Assembly (NCBI GenBank): GCA_019828565.1 | Contig: JAHDYR010000003.1 | Location: 431,309 to 495,308 of the forward strand | DNA length: 64,000 bases | Reading direction: 5' to 3' | Source: Carpediemonas membranifera BICM | Taxonomy: Eukaryota > Protista > Fornicata | Shown: piece by piece, positions 33,478 through 46,283 of the stretch | Layout of the letters: each line of letters begins with the position of its first letter | How positions within the stretch are numbered: the stretch's first letter is position 1 | Notes under the pieces: model-generated | Seen by the model: only the letters and a program-made list of their open reading frames with translations | Told to the model about the DNA's origin: nothing | Databases searched by the model: none | Program-made: the position numbers and the translations under genes

Positions 33478-35380
33478 GAGAATTTCTATCCAAGCTGTTT
33501 ACGTTGTTACATTTGTCTATTTACGTAGACTCCTGGCATTGACAATACCTAAAACTGCGACATTTGTCGATCATGATTCGAGCAACTAGCCACCAAAAGG
33601 TAGAAACGGTAACGTCAGGGCTCGTGGAAGTTGCCAAAGTACAAGATTCTTACAAAATAATCCGAAAAACTGCTCAGGGCTTGCGAAAGGAAGAAGAAAT
33701 CAACAAAAGGGTGAATGACACAGAGTTTCTGCTGCAAGAGATACGTGATTTGTTTATAGATGCCATACAGACGATGAGGGACAAGTAAAAATGACATTCA
33801 CTAGCTTTGCTTCTCATTTCACATATTCTTGTGAAATATGTGAAATGTGAAACAGATTCTAGTGAATCTCATTTTTTCTTGCACTTTTTGGAGTATCTCC
33901 AGGGTATCTCCCGGGAGACTCTAGCCATTCTTACAGTATGCGGTTGAGCACGAAACCGAGGGCTTCCGTCTCGGGTGCACCAAGGGTGCACTTTTCGGCC
34001 TTCAGCCGAAGACGGTGCTGGCGCAGGCGTGTCAGTAGTTGTCGTGTTCTGGCGAGGTACACTTCGGCGTCGTTGGCATAGTTCAATATGTCGTCGACGT
34101 AGACGCTCGTGCCCTCCACGCCGCGAAGGGCGTCATCCATTGCACGTTGGAAACGTCCAGGGGCGTTCGTGAGGCCAAAAGGAAGGCGCACGTACTCGAA
34201 CTGACCCCCTGGTACGACGAACGCCGTCAAGGAGCAGACAGAAGGGTCGAGGACCATCTGATTATACCCCGAACGCAGGTCCAGGCTGCCAAAGAACGAG
34301 CAACCTGATGCGCTGTTGATGAAATCACGGGTGTCCGGGGAGCGGGTACGCGTCCTTGACCGTGACCGCGTTAAGGGCGTTGTAGGCCACGCAGAAGCGC
34401 TTCTGGCCGCCCTTCTTGTCCGCTAGAACGTGTGGGGACGCGACCGTGCTGACGCTCGGTCGTATGATGCCCTCGTCCAGCAGTCGCTGGATCTCCTGCT
34501 GAATTACGTCGAGGTGACCCTTGATGGGTCGCGGCTTAGCCTTGGCAGTGAAAGGCTCCTCGAGTTCAAGTGTGAACGGTGTGAGGGTAGACCCCTCAGG
34601 CGGCAGGACGGGGTCGAACAACTCGCGGAACTCGTATACCAGGTCGACAAGCCGGTCGTGAAGCGGACCGTCAGGGATAGTGACCTTCTCAAGCTCCGCC
34701 GCAATGCGGACCTCGGCTTCTCGAGCGGGCTCGGCAGAGTCGGACCCAAGGTAGCCGATCGCCTCGATATCATCTTCATCGTCCGGTGGAGCCTCCGTCG
34801 GAATGATCAGTGCCGAGTCAGTCAGCAGTCCTACCTCTCGGAGGACGTCCCGGCCCAGCAGTACGGAGTGCCCTTGGCCTTCCAGAACGGAGAAGTTCCA
34901 AGTTAGGGAGAGCGTCGTGTTGGCACCTGGCATGGTGAGCTGTAGAGGGACCTGGTCTGCTGCGACGGTCACCTGGTTGGCGACCTTCAGGTCGATGGTA
35001 CCAACCGGGGAAGTCGGCTGCTTCGAAACAGCTGCGATAACATCGCGCGTACCCTCGCTGACACAACTGACCGCTGCGCCAGTGTCTAGCTCGGCTGTGG
35101 TCCGGACCCCGTTGAGGGTGATGTGGACCCGGATGGGCTTAGAGTCGGGGGTTGCCACCTGGTTCACAGGCGCCTCCACCGCATGGACGACCATGTTGGG
35201 GAACTTGTTCTGTGGCGGGTTCTGGCGGAGGCTCATGGGGTGTGTCTTGGTGGCGGCGGCTGGCTGAGTCGTCGCAGTCGGGGTGACAGTGATCTTAGGC
35301 TGGGCCAGCGAGCACTTGCTACGCTCGTGGCTTCCCCAGCGACCGTGAAGATCACACCACGTCATCCCCTCGAATGGCGG

Positions 35381-38300
35381 TGTGCCGGGGCGAAGAGATT
35401 GGAACATTTACATAAACTGCGGACGTGGATGCCTTATGACATCCTACCCCCCTTAAGCTTGAGCTTGTGGGACTTGAGGTAGTCACGTGCCGCAGTGACG
35501 TGGCGGAGCCCGTCAGCGGGTTCCCATGTGGGATCGTAGTCGCCCTCCCAGCAGACGAGGAGCTGCAGTGTGCCGTTGCGGCGACGGTGCTTCTCGATGC
35601 CTTGCACGACGTACGTCTGCTCGTCGGAGGCGGCGAGGTTCTTCAGGCGGCTGAGCCCCGACTTGGTGTTGAAAGGAAGGACCTGGTCTACGTGAGCCAT
35701 GAAGGGGGCGCTCTCGAAAAGGTCGACCAGCTGAAGGGTGTTGTTGTCCTTGATGGCGAGAATCTTGAACGGGCCGGCGAAGCCATGCAGCTTTGGGGTC
35801 TTCGTCCGGTTGAGCAGGACGAGGTCGCCTTCCTTGAAGCTAGTCGGCTGGCGGTCGGCGTTGGCCTTGGCGAGGCGCTTGTCTACAGTCTCGCGCTGCT
35901 TCTCGGCCGCCCTAGAGGTCAACTTGGAGAGGTGGGCTCGAAGTAAAGTGATGTAGGCTGAGGCTGAGGCAAGGGGCGAGTCATTGTCGCTCGGTCGGAG
36001 GATTCTAGCGACTGTGGAGCTGGGGTCGAGTTGGTCTCCATACAGCATGGCGTGGGGTGTGACCCCAGTGGCGCTGCAGGTGGTTGTGTTCAGCAGCAGC
36101 TGAACTACCGGAAGGAGGTCGCTCCAACGGGAGAACTTGTCGAATGGAGGATCAAACAGCGAAGATGCTTCATGACCTCCGCGTTACGACGCTCTACCAG
36201 CCCATTCGACTGAGGGTGGTAGGGGAGGGTGAATTGCTGGGTGATGTCCGCGCTTTCGAGCAGGGCCTTGACGACGTTGCCGGTGAACTCAGGCCCGTTG
36301 TCGGACTTGATGAACAGGGGAGTCCCATGACGGGTAATCACCTGGCGCCAGAGGGCCTCTGACGCTGCATCAGCTGTGTTCTCGTCCGTCGCGGCCAACT
36401 CAGTGTAGCGAGTAAACATATCGACCATAACTGTGATGTATCTGGAGCCGACTGCGTCTGCCGGGATTGGACCAATAGTATCCACTGCGACAGTGTGGAA
36501 CGGTTTGTACACTGCTGTTGTGCGGAGCTCTGCCTCGGCGAAGTTGCGTAGGCGAGCTTTCTGGCACTCGTCACATGAGGCGATGAACTCCTCGACATCT
36601 GCTGTGCAGCCTGTCCAGGTATAGCCGTCTGCTCTCAGGCGTTCGATGGTAGCCTTGGCGCCGTGGTGTCCTCTGTGGGCGATCTGTATCAGCTCCTTTC
36701 GGAGGGGTCTGCACACGGTTGAAGTAGGGATGACGACGAGGCCGTCCTTGCGGCGAAGACCGTCGCTGTCTACGGTCAGCTTGGAGACGGTAGATTCGTC
36801 TGTCTGGTGTTTGATGAGTGTGTCATGGTAGCGGGAGTCAGTCGTGATGGCTGCGACAGTGGGCGAGGTCGAGTGACCGCAGCGGCTCAGCGCGTCTGCG
36901 ACTGCGTTCTGTAGGCCGGGAACGTGCTCGACATCGAACTTGTAGTCTGCTAATGTCAGTCTCCACCGGTTGATCTTGTCGTTCTCGGATGACTTGGCGA
37001 TCATGTAAATAAGATTACGGTGGTCGGTCCGTAGGAGGAACCTCTTCAGGCGTAGGAGGGGTGACAGGGTCGGGTGTGTAAGGCAAAAGACAATGGCAAA
37101 TAGCTCCTGCTCACACGTGGCCCAGCGCGACTGGGTTGACGTGAATGTGTGAGAGAAGTAGGCGAGGACCTGTGTCTTGTCGTCCTTTGTCTGCCATAGT
37201 ACGCCGCCTGCTCCGATGTTGCTAGCGTCTGTCTCGAGCGTCCAGTCGGCGTCGGCGTCCGGATGTGCGATAAAGAGATCGTCAGTGAACAGGGTCTTCA
37301 GGCCGTCGAAAGCGGCGTCGTGCTCCGCTGTCCATTCCCACAGACGGTCCTTTTGCAGAAGATCGTTGAGAGGTCTCGTGTACTCGTGTCGTGTATGGGG
37401 AACGAATGATGCGAGGTACTGGAACTGTCCGAGGACTACACGAAGCTCGTGGACGTAGGTGGGTGCAGGTAGATCGCGTAGGGCTTGGGTCCTGGCTGGG
37501 TCGACGTGTACTCCGGCCTGGTCGACCGTAAAGCCGACAATCTTGGCGCTGGTGGTGCCGAAGACTCCCTTCTTGGCGCTGAACTGAACGCCTGCAGCGT
37601 CCGCGCGTGTGAGCAGGTCGCGGAGAATGCGTAGGAAGGAGTCATCGTCACGGGCGTAGATGAATATGTCGTCGATGTAGGGGTTGGCGCCCTTGTACAA
37701 CAGTGGGGCGAGCATGCCTTCGATCTCCCGCTGGAAGTGAGAAGGCGCGTTGCAAAGGCCGAACGGCATCCTGAGGAATTCCTCGTAGACGCCCGGGGCG
37801 GTGAAGGCCGTCTTAGGCACGTCGTCTGGGTGCATGGCCACCTGCCAGTAGCCCGACGTCAGGTCTAGCGTCGCAAAGCGTGTGCAGCCCGACGCGAGGT
37901 TGAGGAGTTCTCGCATGTTGGGGATCGGGTGCCGGTCGGGTACTGTCCAAGAGTTGAGGCGGCCGTAGTCGATACAGAGACGGTAGGCGTCGCTCTTTGC
38001 GACCAGGACGATGGGGCTTGCGTAAGGCCCCTCAGAGGGCTGTGTGATCTCGTCCTGGCGCAGGCGCTCGACGTATGGCAACAGCCACTCCAGCTTCTTC
38101 GGGTGTAGGTTGCGCGGGCGAAGACGGATCGGAGGGGCGTTGTCGTAAAGCGGGATGCGCATAGGGGCAAACGAGCACGGCTGTTTGCTTATGACGGGGT
38201 CGAATAGGTGATCGAACCGACGGAGGATCGAATGTAGCTCGTCGGTCTGGGCCTTGGTGGAGAGCTCGTGTATCTCACACGCGTCGGTGTGAAACTCGCT

Positions 38301-39985
38301 TGAGGAGACGGCCTCGACGGGGGCGTCGAGGTACTTGTGGAGTGGGAGGCCATCGGTGGCGTCCTCCGGGCGTGAGTCCGGAAGAAGTGGGATGTGGAGG
38401 CCACTCTCGGAGAGATAACCGAGCGCGCGAAGCACGTCGCATCCAATGAGCACACGTTCAGTGGCGCGCGTCATGATGTAGAGGATGAGATCGACGATGA
38501 CGTTTCCAGATGTGCTGGGCAACGTGATCCGCGCTTGGACGTAGTGAGTGATGAGGATGGGCTCATTGGTAACGGACTGAACAGTAAATGGCTTTTCAAG
38601 CTCATGTGTGACGAGTTGGAGCGTCTTAACGGAGGTTGTGGAGATGATCGTGATTGCGGAGCCGCTATCGATCAATATCACCTGTTCTTGGTCATTCACA
38701 GCTCCCTTAACTGAGAATGCAGTTGAAGCGGCAACTTCTTCGATAAAGGCATCATCACAAGCATTGTGTGCGACTTCGACTTCGTGGACTCCTGGACGAG
38801 AGTTGATCAGCTTGGATCTGTCCCGGAGCACCATGTTCCCAGCGCGTCTCTCGTCGGGGCGAGGCTGTGGCTGCTGGGATGACTGTTGCTGCTGCTTCTG
38901 AGCAGCTGGTGCCGGCTGTGGCTGAGCCGGTTTGTTGGCCGCTTGGGGCTGGCGTTGCGGCTGAGGTGCCGGTCTGGCGTCGCGGGCCGCGGCGGGGTGG
39001 CCTTTGGTAGCCTGGGGCTGTCCGGGCGTGCTGCCGCGGTGCGGGCAATCAGCCTTCCAGTGCATGCCTCCACAGGAGCACGCGTATGGAGGAGGGCGCC
39101 GGCGCTCGCGGCGGGATCTGGTGTTGGCGTTCTGGCTATGTTTCGGGCCAGTGCTGGAGCTCGTGATGGAGCTCGTGCTGAAGCTCGTGATGGAGCTCGT
39201 GCTGGAGGATGTGATGGATATGTCTTGAATCACGCTTCCGAGGACTTCACGGGCGTCAATGGCGTGCAGTATGAGCTCGCGCGTGTGCACAAATAAGCTA
39301 TCGATGTCCCGGGCGCCAGAGAGGTCCCACTTTTGCTGAATACGGTTGGCAAGTGAGACCGGGCGAAGGGCGGCGATAAAAGCTTTGGCGATGATCTTAT
39401 CGAGTCCGCGGGTGGGGCTGGCTTTTCTCGGGGTGTCCTGCTCACTCGGCGTGCTGTCTGGCTTCTGGGTGATGACCTTGCTGAGGGCGGCCTCGTCTTC
39501 ATCCACCTCGGCGGGCTCGGGCTCTGGCTTGGCGCCGAGCTCGGCGTTGAGAAGGGCATGGGCGTGGGAGCGTAGCTCCTCGGTCTCAGCCATGAGACGA
39601 GATACGGCCTCGATCGTGGACTTGGTTCGGTCCTGCGTGAGGGCCCGGATTTCTTGGATGGTTTTCTCAAGGGTTCTCGGGAAAGAAAGAGCGGTGATTT
39701 CGGCGAGAAGTTCTGCGTCGTTGAGTGCTTCGACGTCGACGTTGCGGACAAATCGGACATGACTGACTTGATCCTCGGTGAGGCACTCGTAAGCCGTTAT
39801 GACGGTTGTGGTAGGAGCATGCTTCTGCGCGAACGTGAGGGCGCGTTTGAACGCGCGAACGGACTCTCTAGAGAAGTCCGATAGTGATGGCGGAATCCAA
39901 TTATTCATTTCGGAAAGTGATCACTGTGCCGGGGCGAAGAGATTGGAACATTTACATAAACTGCGGACGTGGATGCCTTATGACA
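35381..39985 (-). mobile_element. Chromovirus-like element B (4605 bp), 61-bp identical LTRs
   Basis: LTRs 39925-39985 and 35381-35441; 4-bp TSD GCGG (plus strand); PPT GGGGGGTAGGA. Confidence 0.96.
35434..39908 (-). CDS. gag-pol: Gag-Pol of B (frameshift near 36145)
   Basis: LIDSGS, YIDDI, LETDAS, AVDTIGP, KSDNG, LLVCWEG..PTWEP. Confidence 0.92.
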
Positions 39986-40133
39986 GCGGCCTCTTAGGGT
40001 CACACCATCTTGCGGCGAACGCGGCTGAGACCGCTGAATCGTCCTTCGAGCCCTTCGATGCTGGGGCTCTAGGGCCGTGGGTAGCTTTGGCAGCGCCCTG
40101 AGGTCTCGGTTGAGTGGGCGTGCGGGTGGTCGC

Positions 40134-43100
40134 TGTGCCGTGTTACGAATGAGTTTTATGCAACCAACTCCCGCAGTTTAGGGTCACACTTCCCCCCATG
40201 CGGACGCATTAACGGCGCCCGGAACTGCGGAACTTCTTCTTGGCGGCGGCGAACGCGGCTTCATGCTCTGGATGAGCGACGAGGTAATCATCGAGAGCCG
40301 CTAGCTGGTCATAGTACCGGTTATAGGGTACATAGGAGTCTTCGTCGGGTGTGAGGCCTTCCCAACGGATGAGGAGCTCCAATGAGCCGTTCTTCTTCTT
40401 CTTGTGACCGACGATCTCCTTGACGGGCTGTTCGCCTTGCTCGAAAGCGGCGATCCGCTCGAGCTCGGTGTCGGATAAATCGGTCTCGAATCGGACCAGT
40501 CTGTCGGCGTGGACCGTGCTGACGCATCTTGTGACGAGGTCACGGACGCGGTAGGTGTTCGGGTGTTCGCCCTTCCCCTCCATGCGGAAGGGTCCGCGCA
40601 GGGGGGTGTAGATCTTAGCCGGGGGCTTGCCCGGGTAGCGCAGGAGAACGTATTGTTCTCTCTCCCACGCATGAGTGTCTGCTGTGGCCTTGGCCTTGCG
40701 CGCCTCGTACGCGCGAATCTTGACGCGGGCGAGGGCTTGTAGAGCGGCTACGTCCTCCTGGAAGCGGACAATCTCACCTTCATCAACGCTCCCAGGGGTG
40801 CAGCTCTTCGTGGCGTTTGCCAGAGCGATCGGGGCGACCCGTAGCGTCGATTCTTTGCCGAACAGCAGTTCGAAAGGGGAGCGACCGGTGGTGGCGTGGC
40901 GGGTAGAGTTGATGACGTGTTGAGCGAGCGGTAAATAGGCGGGCCAGTTGCCGTCCTCTGCGTCTAGGAGGAGCGCTCTCATCCGAGACATGATCGTGCC
41001 GTTGAGTCGTTCAACGACTCCGTTGCTGGCCGGATGGTAAGGGGTTGAGAACCTGTGCTGAAGACTGATGATGGCGTTACACTCGGCAATGAGGGCGTTA
41101 CGGAATTGAGTGCCCTGGTCGGTTTGAATCTCCTTTGGGACTCCGAACGTGGACCACACATCCAGCATCGCTGCTGCAGCCTCTTCGGCCTTTGTAGTAG
41201 CGACCGGACGGAGGATCGTGAACTTGGAGAAGACATCCACGATCGTGATGATGTAGGACATGCCGGCCTCTTCCGGAAGGGGGGCCTATTGTGTCAAGCT
41301 GGACCGTCTCGAAGGGCTTGAGTCGCTGCGTGGAGTGCCACTTCGTCTTCTCGCGGGCAGGGGGTCTAACCTTCTGGCAGACGGCGCAACTTCTGAGGGT
41401 CTCCCGGACGTCCGATTTCATGTCGGGCCAAGACTGCCCGGCGTTGCGGAGATTTGCCATCGTCTGAGCGACGCTGACGTGGCCCTGTGCACCGGCGTGG
41501 GCCTGGTTGATGAGGTGACGGTGAGAACTGGAGACCTGTTCGATAGCGGCCTTGAGGTCGTCTCGGTCCTCTGGGACGCTGCTAGGACGGGACAGCGAGT
41601 CGGCGACGACGTTGTGGACGCCCTTGATGTGGGCGATGGAGTAGGGGTATTCGGTCATTGTCAGGCGCCAGCGAGTAAGCTTTTTCGTGCCCTCCTCGTC
41701 CGTCTTTCTCAGGAGCCAAATAAGGTTCCGGTGATCGGTTCTGAGAGAGAACGGCTTAATCTTAAGGAGGGCTGAGAACTCCGGTCGAGTTACACAGTGG
41801 ATGATCGCGTAAAGCTCCTGTTCGACGGTCGACCACCTTTGCTGAGTCTCGTCCAAGGTCTTGGAATAAAAAGCGAGGGGAACCTTCTCAACTCCTTCGC
41901 CCTGCCATAGGACCCCGCCGATCGCTACTGAGGAGGCATCGGTCTCCAAGGTCCAGGGCTTGTCTAAGTCTGGGAGGGCGAGCGCCGTGTGTTCGGTGAC
42001 CAGGTCTTTCATCTTAGCGAAAGCGGCGTCCTGCTCGGCGCCCCAGGCCACGGGGGACGACTTCCCCGGAGAGCCCTTAAGCAGCCGGTTGAGAGGTGCT
42101 GCGGCGTCGGCGAGATGGGGAATGTAATTCGACAAGTAGTTGAACTTGCCGAGGGATCGACGGAGTTCCGACGTGGTGGTCGGAGGAAAGAGGTCGCGGA
42201 TGGCCTGGACTCGAGCGGGGGCAACGGATCTGCCCATCTCGTTAACGATGAAGCCGCACACCTCAACCTCGGAGAGGCCGAGGGCACACTTGTCGGCCTT
42301 CAGTCTGACGTTGGCCGCCAGTAGATGATCGAAGAGATCCGTGATGGCGCTCTTGAACTCTTCCTCCGTGTGCGAGTAAGTGAAGATATCGTCGACGTAG
42401 GCTTTGGAGCTCTTGCAGTCTTCCAACACCTCGTCCATCGCTCTCTGGAACTTGGCCGGGGCATTCTTGAGCCCGAAGGGGGTACGAAGAAACTCGTAAT
42501 GACCGCCTGGGATAGTGAAGGCGGTGAGTGAGACGCTGTCGGGGGTCCATACGTTGCTGCCAGTAGCCGCTTCGGAGGTCGAGCGTGCCGAAGAGTGAGC
42601 AGCCGCTTGCCTCATGGACGAAGGAGCGGATATCTGGTGTCGGGTAGCGATCGTCTTCGGTGGCTTCATTCAGAACGTTATACGCGACGCAGAACCTGTC
42701 CTCACCGTTCTTCTTCTTCGCCATCACGTGTGGGGATGAGTACGGCGAGTCACTTGGGCGGATGACTAATTGTTGGAGCATCTTGTCGATTTCAGCGGCG
42801 GCGCTGGACGCTTGGGAACCCTTAAGGGGGCGTGGTCTTGCCTTCGGGAGCCTGTGGTCGCCAGGCTTCAGGGTGATCTTGTGTGGACGCAACTCGCTGC
42901 CGTCCTCTGGCAGCTCGCCGAAGAGCTCGCGGCGTTCGTATAGGAAGCCTTCGAGCCACTTAGTGAGGTCTGGATTGTCATCGTAAGGGATTCGGACCTT
43001 CTTCCACTCGTTATCAACATCAATCTCATCTGTGCAGGAGTCGAGATACGGGTGTGGAGGCAGATTGTCGTTGTCGGAGATGGTGGCGGATGACGGGATC

Positions 43101-44998
43101 AGCAGTCTGTCGTTCATGAGGTAGCCCAACCTTCTGAGGAGGTCGCGGCCGATCAGGACCTTTCGGCGTTTGGCGCGGATCACCATCAGCAATGCGGTGG
43201 CCTGCACGGTCTTGCCATCGATAGACGGGAGAGTGATGTCGACCTTTGCGGCCTTACCGATGGAGATGACCTCGTCGCCGGCGCCGAAGAGCTCGACTGA
43301 GGTGTCGATGAGCTGGTAATTCGGGACCTTCGCTAGTGCGGGCTCCGAGATGACTGAGACGCAGGCTCCGATATCGAACTTCGTCTTGATTTGGACACCG
43401 TTGATCGTGGCCGGGACGTTGATGGGGTCGTTGTCGATCTCAACAGCCCCCACCTCATAGACGTCACCTTCGTCCTCGGACTCGGCGTCATCTGAGGCGT
43501 TGTTGTCGACTTCATGGATGTCGCGCTGGCCGCGCGAGTTGCGAAGCTTTGAGGAGTCCCTCAGGAACATGTTGCCGGCCCGACGGTCGGACTGCGTACC
43601 GCTGGTCTGCTTCTGGTCGTTCTTCCGCGGCTGAGAGGAGCCGGAGGTGCCCTTGGACTGGTTGTCCTTCTGCCGTGCGAGGAACCTGCATGACTCTGTC
43701 GTATGGTTACTGTTCCACCCATGAGACTTGCACCACTTGTTGAAGTGCTGTGGGATGGCATACTTGTGCTTGTCTTTGAACTGGAGATAGGGATCGCTTG
43801 TATGGGGCAGTACTGTCGGCTTTTGCTTGCCAGGGGCGCGACGGCCGCTGTCTTTCTGGTCGGCGGGTTGGGATGTTACCGCGAACGCCCGCCACGGGAC
43901 AATAACGCGTTCGTCGTGATCGACGTCGAGGTTCTCGAGGCGAGAAAGAAGATCGTCGATTGACTCGGCTGGGTCCTCGATGATGTCCTCGTAAAGAGCC
44001 TCGGCGTCCTTGCTATAGCCCTTGAGGAAGATCGACCCCAGTAAGCGCTCGGTCGAGTTGTAGGTTAGTGCCTCGATGTCTGGGACGCATGGATCGTAAG
44101 CGTTGAGGATCCTACGTAGCTTGAAGACGGCGAGTCGGTGCTCGACGGCTGGGCCGAAGAATCTAAGGCCGGATGCCTTGTCGCGCACCATCTTCAGTCT
44201 CGATCCCATGTCGAGGGTCGGTAGGAGCGTATAAACGATGTAGGGGATGATCGCCTTTGCCTCGGCGCGGAGGTAAGCGTAAACGTCGGGGAAATCAGCA
44301 CGCTTTGGCCAGGCGGCCAGGTCGGGCTTCTCATCTATGGTGGGCTCCGGGACCTTGTCAGAGAAATCTGGGAGTGTCATGTCGGTCCCGTCAGGCACGG
44401 GGACAGTCGGGGTTGCGGCGCTGAAGAGGTCGGACCATCTGTTGGCCGCGGGGTCCTTCATGTACGAGGTGATGAATGTCCTGGCCTTCTCAGTGGCCTC
44501 CGGGATTGCGCGTTGTATCTCTGCCGAGATTGACTCCTTTGTCAGGCTGGTGAGGGCCGGGTCCTTGAAGTTTGAAGAGACCCGCACACACTCTGCGTAC
44601 TGCGCTCGCTTGCAGGCCGCCTCAAAGGCAGCAGCGAAACGCTTGGCGATTGCATCTGCGGTGGGATTGTGGGATATAGCTTGCGGAGCCTCGTCCGAAC
44701 GGGCCTGAGCTCGGGCTTCGGCGTCAGACATAATGGAGGTCTGGAGGCTCTCAAGAGTGGGAAATTTCGCTGTCGGACGCCAATCACGCTTTAACTTCGC
44801 GACCGTGTCCGCTGTGAGCGTTTGGATGAAAGAAGTTGGGTTTCTCTCGTGGATAATTGCAGTGGTGTAATCCGCGAGCGCCTGGATTGCGCTTTCTGGA
44901 TCATTAGTCGTGAATTGCTTCATTTCACCGGTAATATCGATATTGTGCCGTGTTACGAATGAGTTTTATGCAACCAACTCCCGCAGTTTAGGGTCACA
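40134..44998 (-). mobile_element. Chromovirus-like element C (4865 bp), 55-bp identical LTRs
   Basis: LTRs 44944-44998 and 40134-40188; 4-bp TSD TCGC (plus strand); PPT CATGGGGGGAAG. Confidence 0.96.
40209..44923 (-). CDS. gag-pol: Gag-Pol of C (frameshifts in G-runs near 42543 and 41282)
   Basis: KFDIGA, YVDDI, LETDAS, QTDQG, LLIRWEGL. Confidence 0.9.
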
Positions 44999-46283
44999 TC
45001 GCGGGCGTCTTGGGTGCTGTAGCGGCAGACGGGGCGACCGAGGTTGACGTGGCAGGTGGTGCCACAGTGGCAGCCGGAGGTTGGACCTTGGGCTGTGTGG
45101 GAGTGTGGGCGTAAGTGGCGGCCCGTGTTGATGCGACCTCCAGGGCGCGGAGCTCGCTTACGAGGTCAGTGGCGAGCGCGGTCACAGTCGTATACTTCTG
45201 GAGGGCCGTTAGGGTCTCCAGAACCGCACGTACCGTGTGTGGGGCCGCGCTCTTGCAGGATGACTCGAAGGACCGCAGGACTGCACGCTTCGGCAGCCGG
45301 TCGGAAGGGTCGAGCCAGCGGTGGAGAGTGTCGTGTTCGGCGGCCACCCAAGCGACCTGCGTTGCTAGCTCGTGGGGGCAGCGTCTATCAGTCCAGAGGG
45401 CGGTGCCCTTCTGGCCGAGCTGACGGAGGAGAAGTGTAGGGTCCTCCACGGCGAAGGCCGCTGCCACAGTCTTCTTGACCGTGGCAAGGTCCTCCTGGCA
45501 GACTGCCAACTCGGCTGCCAGGCTGGCGATCGTCGTAGGTGGAACAGCCGCTCGCAGGCTCCAGGCGGCATGCAGTTGCACCAAGGGCGCGAAGCGGGTG
45601 TCCAGGGCGAAGTGGTGACACCACTTGCCAAGGTTGGAGAGGATGCTCTCAGCAGTTGGGTACTGGAGCACATGGCGTTCGTAAGCCGCCAAGAATGCCC
45701 GCCAATGATCCTGGCTCAGGCTCGAAAGCTCCTGCCCGAAACGGGGGCGCTTTAGAGAGCTGAGCGGCACGGCAGGCGTAGTGGACACAACGGAGGATGA
45801 AAGTTGCTGACGAAGGGCATCTATCTGCCCCATCAAGTAATCGACGGACTTGGTGGGCGCAGAACTCTCGATGACAGTGACGAGATCCTCCTTAACATGA
45901 GTGGATGCAACATCGTCAACAACAGGTACCTCAATTTCCGATAATGTCGACATTGTGCCGAATCAAGGCAAGAACTGGTGAAGTGGTTTAAACTGACAAA
46001 ACTCACTGGAGCAACGAGACAGGAAACGCCACACAGCCACCTGCACCTCACTTCCGGTGTCCTGTTGGCGTCTCTTCTAATCCTCCAGTCCACTATCTTC
46101 TTGATATACGCCTGGCTTCTATCTAAGGCGCATGCTACTTTGGCCTTCTCTTCGCTCCACTCTCCCTCGGCGACTTTCAGGTGAGAAACGTGCTTCTGAT
46201 ACGTCTTCTTCGTCTCTGGGTCTCGCACAACGTACGAGTTCGCCTTCCCGGGGACCTTCCTGACCACCATCAACGGTCCGCGC

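Larger units (their letters stand above)
22603..33940 (+). mobile_element. Large cargo-carrying DNA transposon X, copy 1 (11338 bp)
   Basis: 50-bp TIRs CATACTGTAAGAATGGCTAGAGTCTCCCGGGAGATAC(T/C)CTGGAGATACTC at 22603-22652 and 33891-33940 (1 mismatch); interrupts A pol; second copy from 56172; 2-bp GC TSD at 22601-22602 and 56170-56171. Confidence 0.95.
33941..46033 (-). mobile_element. Element A copy 2: 5' LTR 45954-46033; gag-pol pieces 44999-45953, 39986-40133 and 33941-35380; interrupted by C, B and X
   Basis: Near-identical to 54216-56171 and to the RT part of copy 1; ELDTGA protease, CHHC knuckle, YVDDI; inserted in the chromodomain of E. Confidence 0.93.

Noticed and set aside
22603-33940. 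X as a Maverick/Polinton or endogenous virus
   Set aside because: No pPolB, packaging ATPase, capsid or rve integrase recognised; TIRs are short and the TSD is 2 bp rather than 6.
39150-39220. Tandem repeat in B gag (SSITSSST)
   Set aside because: Ordinary in-frame slippage in a low-complexity linker.
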